From Eledone cirrhosa (lineage: Eukaryota): a DNA stretch of 64,000 nucleotides. Below, piece by piece: positions 12,831 to 24,264 of the stretch. Position numbers and translations under genes: made by a program. Each line of letters starts with the position of its first letter. Position 1 is the stretch's first letter. Under the pieces are notes generated by a model that saw only the letters and a list, made by a program, of their open reading frames with translations, did no database searches and was not told the DNA's origin. The stretch covers positions 114,390,001 to 114,454,000 of the forward strand of contig OZ024740.1 of the NCBI GenBank assembly GCA_964016885.1, in the 5' to 3' direction.

Positions 12831-14693
12831 AGTTCTTTCCATAATCTCCAGGTATTAAAATATTATCATACATTCCATCTTCATACCATTCCTAGGATCT
12901 GATTAACCAGCATCTGCATTTGCAGCTCACCACAATACACGACTAAATCATTAAACAATAAAGGAAAGTAATGAACTGTCACATTGGATCCAATAAGCAA
13001 TGTTTCTATTCGTCTTTAAATTGCCGATATTATATGCCGGTTGTAATACCTGACAGAAGGTGGGATTTGAACCCAGAATTCCCAGAAATGATCAGATATC
13101 AAGTCCTTAATAATTTCACTAATCCACAGCTCTTGGCTTGATACTGTTTCATCAACTCCAGAAGAGGAAAGGCAATATTGATCTAGGCAGGATTTGAAAT
13201 TGGAGGCCATTGAGCCGGTATATGCCATGAAACAACACACACACATACACGCGCGTGGTTTAATTGCTTAACTTAAAAGCAAACATAGCGACTCTGAACG
13301 AACACAGCTCGAAAAGCCCAAGGAAATATTGTCCACATTAACCTTACTTGATTTTCCTGACACACCCCACACTTGCCATTAGGTAAAAAGTAATCCCATC
13401 CTTCAGAATTATACCCAACAACACACTTCCAACATATCACCAAACAAACTCTACACCAATTACTGTTACGAGGGCGTTGACAGACGTCACTAGGCTGCAG
13501 CTGTCATATTACAAATATTCTAGATATCCCCTCCCCTACTGGTATGGTGGAGGAGTGTGACAGACATCACCAGGCTGCAGGTGTCTAGACACACCATCCT
13601 AGTGGCTTGAGGGTGACAGATGTCACCAGGTAGCAGCTGTCATTTTGAGGTTTATAGACATCGGAATATAAATCGTAATAAATCAGCACAATTTTATATA
13701 TATACGAGGGAAAGTAAAAAAAAATATCCGCACTTTTATTTCTACGCGGTAGTGCACTGTCGCCGTTGAATTTCAGCTGCTGACACACCTTCCACACAAC
13801 GAAATTGGATAACTGCTTTTTGTTGCTCCTTGTTGTAAACTGTTAGCGAAACGGCCATGTTTACACTTTAATAGCAGCAAAATAGCTTGTGTGATCAAAC
13901 TCAAACTTCGATCATGTGACCACAATAGTACCAAGTAAATGCACACATAAGCGGAATGCACTGTGACAAACTGCTATGGCGAAAGTGTGGATAATTATTT
14001 TACTTGCGTATATATATATATATGAGTAGATGTATATATATGGTGTGTGTAATAAATAAATTAACCACCCAGTAAATTCTCACTCCTCAGGGGTAAATTG
14101 TAAGTGATGTGTAGTACTCGTCCTTCACTCCAGAGCTAAACTGTATTATGTGGGGTGCTCTACTTGTGTTGTCAGAAACACCAGACATACGCCATTCCAT
14201 TGCAGCACTAATGAGTAAAACTGTAGTCAAGAGAGTGTTCCCGTTCGTATCATCATTGAAGACAAAAATCACAACTTGTATGATGTTACTGTAAGGACTA
14301 GGTTACAAGTATTTCTCACAGATCGATGATGTAAGGATTATGGTAGAACTAAATCTGCAAGACAGATGTTGTAAGGATTAAGAGCAACGGAGGCTTGGAC
14401 AGAAACTACAACAACAATAGTAACATTAATAATAATAACGATTTCATTTATTGGCCACAAGGGCCGACATATAGGGGACAACACAATAGACAGGGACAGT
14501 GGGGGTTTACATAGAGATCGAGTAAGTATAAATAACAAAAAAAACAAAATAACAATAAAAATACAACAATGAAAGTTCCCCAATAAGAGGGATCACCACC
14601 CAGGGTTGACTCAAGCACCCCACCAGTCCTGAGCCACCCGACGCTCCTAGGGCACCCGGGAAGGGCACCCCTCTCCTTCTCGAATTCACCAGC

Positions 14694-17600
14694 CTACAGG
14701 CGCATGATCAGAGTAGGCCCACTCACGCGGGCCATTCTCGCCACATTCACCCACCTTTCAGTAAATGTACTGGGGGGCAGCACTTCTCTCTCCACCCTCA
14801 CCTTCCTTTCCAAGTGAAACTTGAAGAAGTTGATGAGGGATTGGCCGAAGAGAAAAGTGTCTGTCTTCAGTCCTTTCAACCTGGTCCACCATGCAACCTC
14901 TTTCGCTACTGCCACCAGGCAGAGGAAAATTGCCTGCCCTTCCTGACCAAAAGAAGGCGGCGGGTCAATCTTCACTATGGACTCGGACGATAGCCGGATC
15001 CGTTCTACACGCGACAATAGCTGTTCGACATAACCCCACAAGTCAGCAATGCACGGACACTGGACGAGTGCGTGCAGAACGGTTTCGTCGCTCTGCGCGC
15101 ATCTCGGGCAGGTTCGTCTGACAGCACTTCCGTGCCTGTAGAGTTTATCCCGAACCGGCAGCGCCCCCCGGTAGCACTGCCAAGCGAGGGATTTCTGGAA
15201 GTTATCCATCGTCCCCGGCTCGAAAGTCCTCCGGAACATACTGGTCAGTTCTACTTCGTTGACGCCCAGAGCCTCTCCTAGTACGTCATCGCACTTGCCC
15301 TCCACTAATCCTCTATAGAAATCTTGAGTGGAAGTTCCACTGACCGCATTGCCCACCTTGCAGAGTGCAGTGAGCGCCTGGCAACATTCCAGATGCCAGT
15401 CGCCCAGTCTCGGTCTCTTCTTGACCCAGGACTGCAGCTCAGTCAAAGAGATGAGCTGCGGAAAGGCCCGTCTAACAAACGGCGACCACACCTGTTCACC
15501 GTTTAGGCAAAATATCTGGAGATGTCGCAGCCTCAGCGCATGTCTGCGCATCATTAGCCACGGCATGCCCAGCCCTCCACGAAGAGGGTGCTGGCAGCAG
15601 ATGGACCGCCTCACCAACGGGACCCGTCCCCTCCACAAAAATTTGAAAAGGAGCCGTTCCAAATTGGCGAGGCGTGGACGGGGGCAAGGCACGACGGTCA
15701 GGCGGTAGTAGATGACGGACGCGATGTACGCGTTCGCCACCTCCGCCCGCCCTTTCAGTGATAGCTTTCTCTCAGCCCATTTCTGGGTGAGGTTGGCTAT
15801 CCTGCTCGTCACCTCGTCCCAATTCTTATCCACCTGGAGGTCTGGTCCGAACCAAACCCCGAGCAACTTTACCGGTCCGTCTGTCCAGCGCCCAACGACG
15901 CTGTTGGACGGCATGGACTTGCCTCTCCAGGTGCCGAGCTGCAAGCCCACCGACTTTTCCGGGTTAAGTTTTGCTCCCGTCAGCCTTTCATATTCCTCCA
16001 AATGGGTGCGGATCACCTCGATTTCCGAGGTGTCCGACACCATCACGGTGATGTCGTCCGCATAAGCGGACGCAGCCTTTCTACGTCCCGGTTCGAGCGG
16101 GATGCCCTGCAACAACTCCAGCTTCCGCAGTAGAGGCTCAAGAGTCAATACGTACAGAAGTGAGGAGAGAGGGCACCCTTGACGGACCGATCGAGAGATC
16201 TGAAACGGTTCCGAGAGGTGGCCATTAACTTTGACCACCGAGCGGATGCCGCTGTACATTGCAGCGATCCAGCTTCTGAAGACGGGGCCGAAGCCAGCCG
16301 CCTCGAGGACAGCCTCCAAGTACCGATGGTCGACCCTATCGAATGCTTTCGATTGATCTAAATTGATCAGAGCCCCACCGAAGCCAGGTTTGCACCCAAC
16401 CCTCTCTATGATGTATCGCATGAGGTGGAGGTTGTCGTGTATGGACCTGGTCGGGATTGCGCAAGTTTGCGCCTCCCCAACCAAATCTTTGACGACAAGC
16501 GCCAACCTTTTCGCTAACACCTTGGCCAAAATCTTAAACTCTGTGTTGAGCAGGGTTATGGGCCTGAAATTATCTAGTGTGTCCCTCTTGTTCTCGTCTT
16601 TCCTTATCAGCGTCACAACGCCACGGCTCACAGAACTGGGAATGCTCCCGTTCTGCTGCCAGTTGCAGTAGAGCGCTTCGAGGAGATCGGAGAACAAGTC
16701 TGGCATATTTACGTAAAGCTCGTAGGGCAGACCATCCAAACCGGGTGACTTGCGACTCGAGCAGCCGACAAGGGCGTCCTGAATTTCGGCTGATGTTATC
16801 GGCTCTTCGCAGCGCTCAGCGTCGGCCGTCGAGAGGCGTGGCAAGCCGTCGAGGTAGGGACTGAAGTCCGCCGCCGTCTCCGACTCACCCATCCTCCCGA
16901 ACAATCGAGCAAAGTGCTGGCGAAAGGCCTCACACATCTGCTTGGAATCGCTCAGTTCGTGTCCATCTCGATCCGTCAAAGACCGAATTGTGGTTTTATT
17001 TCCACGCTGCGTCTCTGCAAAGCGAGCCCATCGGGCAGCTTTGGTTCCCTCGTTCCTCAGAGCACGCGCCTTAGCTCTGACAATGCAACCTTCGTGTTTC
17101 GCATTGAAGAAATGGTCTAGTGCCATTCTCGCCGCTAGCACGTCTGTTGCAATGCCACTACAAATAGCCTCGTCTAACTTAGCTATCAGCCCCTCCTCCT
17201 TTCTATTTTTCTCTATTGCTACTTCTTTGCTAAATCCTATCGAGGTTGCTCTAATCTCTCTTTTGAGTGCCCCCCACCACCTGTTGTTGACAACCCCCCC
17301 TGTCAACTTTTGCTTAACTAAGTTGTTGACCCGGTCCCTGTAAGCTTTACGTGCCGGAAACGACATGTTTAGCTTCCAGTAGCTAGGTCCTAACCTACGT
17401 GTCTTATCTAGGTCGACCATACAGATCACAAGCTTGTGATCTGAATAGGCAACCGTTTTAAAATGTGGACATCCTACACTATTTCTATCTCTTTTCCTAA
17501 TGAAAATCCTATCTATGTACGATCTAGATGACCCTATGCGATTGGTCCAGGTCCATACTGGCGCATTAGGGAAATCTAGTCGGTACCTGTCAGACAGTTG

Positions 17601-18113
17601 AAACTGGCTGATCAGGTACTTGAGGCTTTTGCACCCCCCGCTCCTATCAGATACTCCCACACAATCCCAGCGTGCTTCTAAGATGCCATTCCAATCCCCT
17701 ATTAACAGTAAAGGGCGAGACGTAAGCAGAAAGTTTTCCAGGCGCCTAAAGAAGTCCGGCCGACCGGCCCCAGTAGGGGCGTAGACGGCCACCAGTCTAA
17801 AGGCACCACCTTCGCTATTGCTCACGTCCAGGACCACCAACTTTCCGTCAGGATCCCGGAAGATTGACCTTACCTCGAGATCCAGACATTTCCTAAACAG
17901 CACAGCCACTCCACCTCCCATTCCCGGCCGACTAACAGATGCAAAGATCTGATAATCGTCGAAAATCGGCGCCAGTGCGCGTGTGTCGGAAATTCTGGTC
18001 TCGCTGATGGCAATTACATCCATTCCTAGTGACCTGAGGTCGTTGAGCAAGTGACCTTGCTTCCAGGGCGACCCCAGGCCACGAACATTTAAACTTCCTA
18101 CTCTTATGGCCAT
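14694..18113 (-). CDS. ORF2p: APE endonuclease, reverse transcriptase, C-terminal CCHC
   Basis: 1139 aa with SLNVRGL, ISETR, GDWNG, SDHK (APE); KSPGLDG, RPITLLN, DQSKAFD, QGCPLS, YADD (RT); CPRC...H...C. Confidence 0.95.
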   Translation of the reverse strand: MAIRVGSLNVRGLGSPWKQGHLLNDLRSLGMDVIAISETRISDTRALAPIFDDYQIFASVSRPGMGGGVAVLFRKCLDLEVRSIFRDPDGKLVVLDVSNSEGGAFRLVAVYAPTGAGRPDFFRRLENFLLTSRPLLLIGDWNGILEARWDCVGVSDRSGGCKSLKYLISQFQLSDRYRLDFPNAPVWTWTNRIGSSRSYIDRIFIRKRDRNSVGCPHFKTVAYSDHKLVICMVDLDKTRRLGPSYWKLNMSFPARKAYRDRVNNLVKQKLTGGVVNNRWWGALKREIRATSIGFSKEVAIEKNRKEEGLIAKLDEAICSGIATDVLAARMALDHFFNAKHEGCIVRAKARALRNEGTKAARWARFAETQRGNKTTIRSLTDRDGHELSDSKQMCEAFRQHFARLFGRMGESETAADFSPYLDGLPRLSTADAERCEEPITSAEIQDALVGCSSRKSPGLDGLPYELYVNMPDLFSDLLEALYCNWQQNGSIPSSVSRGVVTLIRKDENKRDTLDNFRPITLLNTEFKILAKVLAKRLALVVKDLVGEAQTCAIPTRSIHDNLHLMRYIIERVGCKPGFGGALINLDQSKAFDRVDHRYLEAVLEAAGFGPVFRSWIAAMYSGIRSVVKVNGHLSEPFQISRSVRQGCPLSSLLYVLTLEPLLRKLELLQGIPLEPGRRKAASAYADDITVMVSDTSEIEVIRTHLEEYERLTGAKLNPEKSVGLQLGTWRGKSMPSNSVVGRWTDGPVKLLGVWFGPDLQVDKNWDEVTSRIANLTQKWAERKLSLKGRAEVANAYIASVIYYRLTVVPCPRPRLANLERLLFKFLWRGRVPLVRRSICCQHPLRGGLGMPWLMMRRHALRLRHLQIFCLNGEQVWSPFVRRAFPQLISLTELQSWVKKRPRLGDWHLECCQALTALCKVGNAVSGTSTQDFYRGLVEGKCDDVLGEALGVNEVELTSMFRRTFEPGTMDNFQKSLAWQCYRGALPVRDKLYRHGSAVRRTCPRCAQSDETVLHALVQCPCIADLWGYVEQLLSRVERIRLSSESIVKIDPPPSFGQEGQAIFLCLVAVAKEVAWWTRLKGLKTDTFLFGQSLINFFKFHLERKVRVEREVLPPSTFTERWVNVARMARVSGPTLIMRL

Positions 18114-18142
18114 GCTGGCAGGATGAATGGGAGAGGAAAGGT

Positions 18143-20053
18143 TTACTTACCTTCCGGGGTCTTGTGAAGGTCGGGTGGTTCGACCTCCATGGTTTGTGGG
18201 GTTTCTTTTGGGAACCCCTTTAATAGTCTTGACGTGGGTTTTACGTTCGGGGTTCCCACATCCCGAGGAAAGCTCTTTCGAATTTCTTTGTATGAAGCGA
18301 GCGACATTCGCATCAGAAGCAAATTATCTGGTACGCGAAATGTGCTCGCTTCAAATGTTTCCCCGTCTTTTTCGATGTTTGTGCTTCGTGCTACATGGGC
18401 CATCAATTCCTTGTTGGCCCTTCTGGCGAGCACGAAGTTTTTAATGTTTTGTTGCTCGGGTTTTATTTGTTCGTGTGATTGTGGTGGTGATAGCTTTGTT
18501 AGTGTTGTTTCTATTGTGTCTGCGTTTGTTGTGGGTGGGGTGTCTGTAGTTTCTGATGTTTGTGTGTCTATTTGTTCTTGTGTCTGTTTAGCTTGTTTGC
18601 GTTTGGGGGATTTTGGTGGTTGTGTTGGTGATGCTGTGGGGAAAATGTTTGTGTGGGTGGTGTGTGTATTTTTTTTTGTGGGGGTGTTTGTGCTTTGTGG
18701 ATTTCTTTTTTTTTTGTGTTTTGTTTTTTGTATTTTGGGGGACTTTGGTTTTCCCTCATCTTCACTGCTGGAGGATGAGGGGTCTGTGGCTGTGAGCGTG
18801 TTTGTGTCTGAGTGAGTGTTTATGTTCTTGTTCGTGTGTGTATTTTGGGGGGGAGGGGGAATGGGAGAGCTTTCCTCGTTTCCCCCCTGGGTGTGCAATT
18901 TTGGTGGTTCCATTGTTGACGGTGTTGCTGGTGGTCCTTGTCCCGGCGTCGCCAGCAGTGGAATCTTTCGACCCCTTGCGCTTTTCGGCAGTTGAGGGCA
19001 GAAGGCTCGCAAGTGTGTCGTTTCCCCACAAAGGAAACAATGCGGCCTTTTGCCCTCAGTCATTATATGCAACACCCTCCCGTTTTGGAGGCGGATGTGG
19101 TCCGGGATTGTTTTTACGTTTTCGGGTCTGATTTGGAGCAGTATCTCCAGATCAACCCCGGACCAGTCGTCCCTGGCAGTTCTCGTTGCCTCTACCGGGA
19201 CTGTATCCGTTCCTTCCACGATTACGCAACCCAGGAGCCACCACATATCAAGTCCTGGTGGAATCCTGGGAATGCGCACACGTGCTATTCGTTTTCCCAT
19301 GTGGGAGGGGTACATTATGACCTTGCTGGTTTTGCAAGGGGTCATTGAATGCTTCACAGCGAGGGCTTCAGACTTGAACAGCACCGAAACGGTGCCGTAT
19401 TGCCTGCCCCTCTCTATGAAGTCTGTGTCCTCTCTGATGTATTTCAGTGCGGCTTCTATGTCAGCTTGGGCGATTATCGCTGCCCTCTTTGTCTCTACTG
19501 AGATGCATCTGAAATGCACCGTTCTTTTTTCCACTGCCTCAATGGCTTCTGCCGGGACAGTTAAGTTTGCCCAGGTCTGCTCTTGATTTATGATTTTCCA
19601 GGCCTGGGCCAACTTTTCCTCTCTGTTGGTTAAGTCGATGCTGTAGCATGGTCTCCTTTTAGCCGCTGCCACAGCAGCGAAAGTGTTCTTGTTGGTGTTG
19701 TCACTGTTGTTGTTCTTGTTGGTGTTGCTGCTGCTATTGCTGTTGTTGTTCTCCCCTGTGTCGTGGTTACCTTCTGTGCTGTTGGCCTTGTTGGTGCTGC
19801 TGCTGTCGCTACTATTACTCTCTGTGCTGTTCGTTTTGTTGGTGCTCTCGCTATTACCACCTTCTGCGCTGTTCGGCTTGTTGGTGTTGGTGTTGTCGCT
19901 GTTACCACCTTCCGCGCCGCTCGGCCCGTTGGTGCTGGCACTGTCGCTGCTCACATTCGTGCTGGTGGCGCTCCTCGCCTCACCTCTCCTCTCAACGCTC
20001 AAGTCGCCGTTGCACGACAGCAGACCCGCCTCTAGGGGGCGTGGCTCCGCCAT
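18143..20053 (-). CDS. ORF1p: gag-like nucleic-acid-binding protein with zinc knuckle
   Basis: 636 aa directly upstream of ORF2. CFLCGETTHLRAFC knuckle, N/S-rich N-terminus, P/T/K-rich C-terminus. Confidence 0.9.
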   Translation of the reverse strand: MAEPRPLEAGLLSCNGDLSVERRGEARSATSTNVSSDSASTNGPSGAEGGNSDNTNTNKPNSAEGGNSESTNKTNSTESNSSDSSSTNKANSTEGNHDTGENNNSNSSSNTNKNNNSDNTNKNTFAAVAAAKRRPCYSIDLTNREEKLAQAWKIINQEQTWANLTVPAEAIEAVEKRTVHFRCISVETKRAAIIAQADIEAALKYIREDTDFIERGRQYGTVSVLFKSEALAVKHSMTPCKTSKVIMYPSHMGKRIARVRIPRIPPGLDMWWLLGCVIVEGTDTVPVEATRTARDDWSGVDLEILLQIRPENVKTIPDHIRLQNGRVLHIMTEGKRPHCFLCGETTHLRAFCPQLPKSARGRKIPLLATPGQGPPATPSTMEPPKLHTQGGNEESSPIPPPPQNTHTNKNINTHSDTNTLTATDPSSSSSEDEGKPKSPKIQKTKHKKKRNPQSTNTPTKKNTHTTHTNIFPTASPTQPPKSPKRKQAKQTQEQIDTQTSETTDTPPTTNADTIETTLTKLSPPQSHEQIKPEQQNIKNFVLARRANKELMAHVARSTNIEKDGETFEASTFRVPDNLLLMRMSLASYKEIRKSFPRDVGTPNVKPTSRLLKGFPKETPQTMEVEPPDLHKTPEGK

Positions 20054-21140
20054 GTTTTTTTGAGAAAAAAATTATTATTTTTTTTCAAAATAAAGTTCAA
20101 ATATTTGGGCCAAAAGGCCCAAATATTATGAGTTATTCCTTCACAGGATACAAATTAATGTCTTATAATGCTTCAGCGGTACAAAAAATAAACAATTCTC
20201 TACAATTAATCCTCAAAAATTGCTTACTCACGGAGCTTCAAAAAACGTACATCCACTTTCGTCAATAATAATAATAACGACAATAAATATAACGCCAATA
20301 TCAACAATGGAAAATATGAAAACTATTTAACTGCCATGGCATTTTCTCTTTTACTTAGCAGTAATTAAATGTTTCATGAAACTGTTGTACTTTAATTGCA
20401 TCGTCCCCAACCAATTTCTCTTTTTCTGGTTAAAGTTACTGTGTTGTTATTATTCTTTTTTTTTTTGTCATGGTTGCTACTATTATTGTAGTTGGTGTTG
20501 TTATTGTTGTTTTTATTGTCGTTGTTGATTTTGTTGTCCCATTTTCTGTATTATTTCTTTAACCTTTACTCAAACTAATTTCCGCTCACACAGCTTTATC
20601 TTTGTTATTTCCCATTCGTTGGAGGTATTTTTTGAAAAAATTAGCAGGAATCGATTCCACACAAGAAACAATAACAACATCATAATCAACAAGTGTAGGG
20701 ACAAAGAGAACAAAAACAATATCGATAAGATATACAACTACAACAACAATAGACCAGTCAATATTTACAGAAAAAAGTATAAATATAGTAAAAACTGTAT
20801 ACATTTTGAAAAGCAATCTTTTACAATTTCCAAGGAAGACCTGGAATAAGGGCGTGATACTAATTGGCAATAATGGTCAACAACTAAAGAGACTGTTTAC
20901 AATAGAACAGTAACACAACAATTGTAATGGTTTCTAATTTGGACACGGGGAAGTTGATTACTTAGACCCAAGTACTTGACTGGGATTTTATTTATCTACA
21001 CCGAAAAGATGAATGACGCTCTGTTTTGCTAATCCAACTGATAATAATGAAGTTTATCGAAATTTGAGCTAATTGAAGAATATCCAAACTTCTCTTGTTC
21101 ATTGGTCATGATGCGCTCCTAGGTACTAAGATCGACACAA

Positions 21141-21287
21141 TTTCTGGTTTCTGATTTACGCACAAGGCCAGTAATTTTTTTTTTGGGGGGGGGGGTCAAT
21201 TAAATCGACCACACTGCGTGACTGGTAGATTAAATTTTATCAGCACCGTTAGGATGAAAGACAAATCTAACCTCGGCGCGATTTGAA
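21141..21287 (-). mobile_element. SINE S1-related degenerate copy
   Basis: GCACAAGGCCAG...GGATGAAAGACAAATCTAACCTCGGCGCGATTTGAA. Confidence 0.6.
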
Positions 21288-21297
21288 ATAATAATAA

Positions 21298-21488
21298 TAA
21301 TTGTTTCTACTTTAGGCACAAGGCCACCAATTACCCAGTGCATTACTGGTACTTTATTTTATCGACCCCGTAAGGATGAAAGGCAAAGTCAACCTCGGCG
21401 GGATTTGAACTCAGATCATAAAGGGACGTAACTATGCTGGAAAGCATGGCATCCGACCCTCCACCGATACCGCCAATCCACCGCCCTT
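21298..21488 (-). mobile_element. SINE S1, first of a head-to-tail pair with (TTA)n tail
   Basis: Full-length match to the 11576 and 27697 copies. Confidence 0.85.
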
Positions 21489-21506
21489 AACAGTAATAAT
21501 AATAAT

Positions 21507-21699
21507 AATTGTTTCTACTTTTGGCACAAGGCCAGCAATCACACCAGTGCATTACTGGTACTTTATTTTATCGACCCCGTAAGGATGAAAGGCAAAGTTA
21601 ACCTCGGCGGGATTTGAACTCAGAATGGCAAGTGCCGTAACTCCATGCGTCAAAGCATGGCGTACGACCCTCTATCGATACTGCCAATCCACCACCCTT
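21507..21699 (-). mobile_element. SINE S1, second of the head-to-tail pair
   Basis: Full-length match, flanked on both sides by TAACAGTAATAATAAT. Confidence 0.85.
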
Positions 21700-21995
21700 A
21701 ACAGTAATAATAATAGTAATAATAATAATAATAATAATAATGATAACATAAACTATGAAACTCTTTTACGCATAGCTCATAACCTCCGCAAGTCAGCGTG
21801 ATGATCAAAAATGCACCGCTCTGTCTTCTCCGCCGTAGGCCGCTGCCTAGCTAGACTTAATAATAGCACCGCTCTCACAGTCATCATGTAATGCAATGCG
21901 ATGATACATACTCTAAAATAATTGACAGTATATACAGTAACCATGCCTCCGTATGATGCTAACTATTATGCATTGACATTAATCCTGTGTAAGCC

Positions 21996-22323
21996 ATAAT
22001 TACCATAACTATATAACTACGCCATGTCAAGAGTTTTAATGACACACATTCCAAAATTGCTGCTCTTCAATGAACCTTCTCGAGGAAGACGAAGAAGGGG
22101 GAGCCTAAACAAAAGTGGTATTGATCTCAAGAAATGACAAATCTTTGCTAATAACAAAACAGGCTTGTGGGAAAGCAAAAGCAGTGGTGCCATTTTCATA
22201 GTAATAGGTAACAAATGAAGGTTTCGACATCAAAAGTTAAAAAAGAAATAAATCTAAGTAGGCAGCGACCTCGCTTTGTTGTTATAGGAGAAGGCGTCTA
22301 ACATCATATACTATAATATACAT

Positions 22324-22385
<62 letters not shown>

Positions 22386-22757
22386 AGGAGAAGGCGTCTA
22401 ACATCATATACTATAATATATATATATATATATATGGATGTATATTATAGTATATGATGTTAGACGCCTTCTCCTATAACAACAAAGCGATGTCGCTGCC
22501 TACTTAGATTTATTTCTTTTTTAACTTTTGATGTCGAAACCTTCATTTGTTACCTATTACTATGAAAATGGCACCACTGCTTTTGCTTTCCCACAAGCCT
22601 GTTTTGTTATTAGCAAAGATTTGTCATTTCTTGAGATCAATACCACTTTTGTTTAGGCTCCCCCTTCTTCGTCTTCCTCGAGAAGGTTCATTGAAGAGCA
22701 GCAATTTTGGAATGTGTGTCTTAAAACTCTTGACATGGCGTAGTTATGTAGTTATGG

Positions 22758-22764
<7 letters not shown>
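21996..22764. repeat. Long inverted duplication (~335-bp arms) of an RTE-like 3' fragment around a (TA)n spacer
   Basis: 21996-22330 is the reverse complement of 22431-22764 (mirror ORFs 22017-22214(-) and 22547-22834(+)). The arm encodes HIPKLLLFNEPSRGRRRRG, an RTE C-terminal motif. Partial third copy at 22376-22420. Confidence 0.85.
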
Positions 22765-22822
<58 letters not shown>

Positions 22823-23138
22823 GAAAATGTGTGAGATCCATGGTAGAGCTAGGTATATTTGAAAATTGGAAAAAAGGAAAAGAATGACTAAGATCAGTTT
22901 GACAATAGCCATCGACGAATGCGAGAAAGTTCTACAGGAAAGTTAACCAGGATTTTTTTTAAATCTTCTCACCGAAGTTAACAGAGAACTTACTAGATCT
23001 ACCAACTTATAATATTATAATATTATAATATTATAAAATTAAATCAAATTGTTTTGAACTACAAGTGAAGTCATTCTTTTCCTTTTTTTTTCATATATAT
23101 ATATATATGATTATGTAATTAAAAACACAATATAATTA

Positions 23139-23194
23139 TTCCATTACCCGAGATTTCACGAAGTCAGGCGTCCGAAGTCATTCTTCAGAAGGAA
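23139..23194 (-). ncRNA. Candidate type I hammerhead ribozyme (isolated, slightly decayed)
   Basis: Minus strand TTCCTT-CTGAAGA-ATGA...TCGT-GAAA TCTCGG GTA^ATGGAA. Canonical core, one stem I mismatch, adjacent to (TA)n. Confidence 0.55.
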
Positions 23195-23195
23195 A

Positions 23196-23252
<57 letters not shown>

Positions 23253-24178
23253 AGTGTAAAAGTACACACATAGATATAAATCTTCGTAAAATTGTAGTAT
23301 TCTCAGCGCGAAGGGTACTGTAAACAGCTGGATATTATATTTACAGAAAAAAGTTGGGTTAAGATATAACCTCATATCGAATGGAGAGTGGGAGCGGAAG
23401 GAAGAAAGAGAGTCTAAAACATAAGATGATGAATGAGAGAAGGGAAGAGGAGAGGAGGAAAGCAGGAACGAAGTTGGGGGATCAGGACTTATGGAGAATT
23501 AAAAATAAAGGAGAAAAAGATGGAGAAAGTAAACTAACAAGAAATAGAAACTAAGTGTTATATGAGTCATCAGCTTCCACCAAGTCTATCATAGTTTCTC
23601 GTGGGAGGGGAAGAGTTGCCCTTGCAACAGAACTCTGAGGTCTGTTGTTCTGACACTGGAATAGAGGTACAAGTGAGCAGTGGTGCACGGCCACACCAAG
23701 CTGTGGTCGGCAAGAAACGAGGCGATCTATTATTTTGAAGTGAATTGCGGCAGCAGTAGGCGACAAGAAAGCGGAAGTAACAGTAGCAGCAGCGGCAACA
23801 ACAAGGGAAGTGATTATATTTATATATACGTAAGTATATGGACGTATGTGTATAAAATGCACTAAGAACTATCCGAATTAGATTTCTATGTATTTTTATA
23901 TTTGATATAAATGTTTTATTTTTCATGATATCTAAGCATAAATGCATACCACTATACTCCTATCTTTTCAATTAATCAATGACTATATTTCATTCTTTAC
24001 ATCTCGAAAAGCTTGAGAGAAATTTAAATTTATATCTACATCTATATGCACACCAATCTATTTAACTATCTATCCATCTATCGATTTACATATATACATA
24101 TATACATACATATATATATAGAGACATAAACACTCACACGCACACACACACTCTCTCTCACACACACACACACACTCT

Positions 24179-24264
<86 letters not shown>

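Larger units (their letters stand above)
14442..20265 (-). mobile_element. Full-length Tx1-like (L1 group) non-LTR retrotransposon A with 15-bp TSD
   Basis: Two intact ORFs. TAATAATAATAACGA is duplicated at 14427-14441 and 20266-20280. AATAAA near the 3' end, no poly(A). Confidence 0.95.

Noticed and set aside
13703-13900. TACGAGGG start resembling a mariner TIR
   Set aside because: No matching opposite TIR or transposase motif found.
18115-18150. 36-nt GT...AG mini-intron fusing ORF1 to ORF2 in element A
   Set aside because: Very short, splicing would put ORF2 out of frame, and C and D lack the AG before the ATG.
14891-20063. Plus-strand ORFs overlapping LINE A (and likewise those antisense to C, D and E)
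   Set aside because: Antisense shadows of GC-rich coding sequence with no independent motifs.
21298-21699. tRNA genes suggested by A and B boxes
   Set aside because: No cloverleaf. These are tRNA-derived SINE heads.
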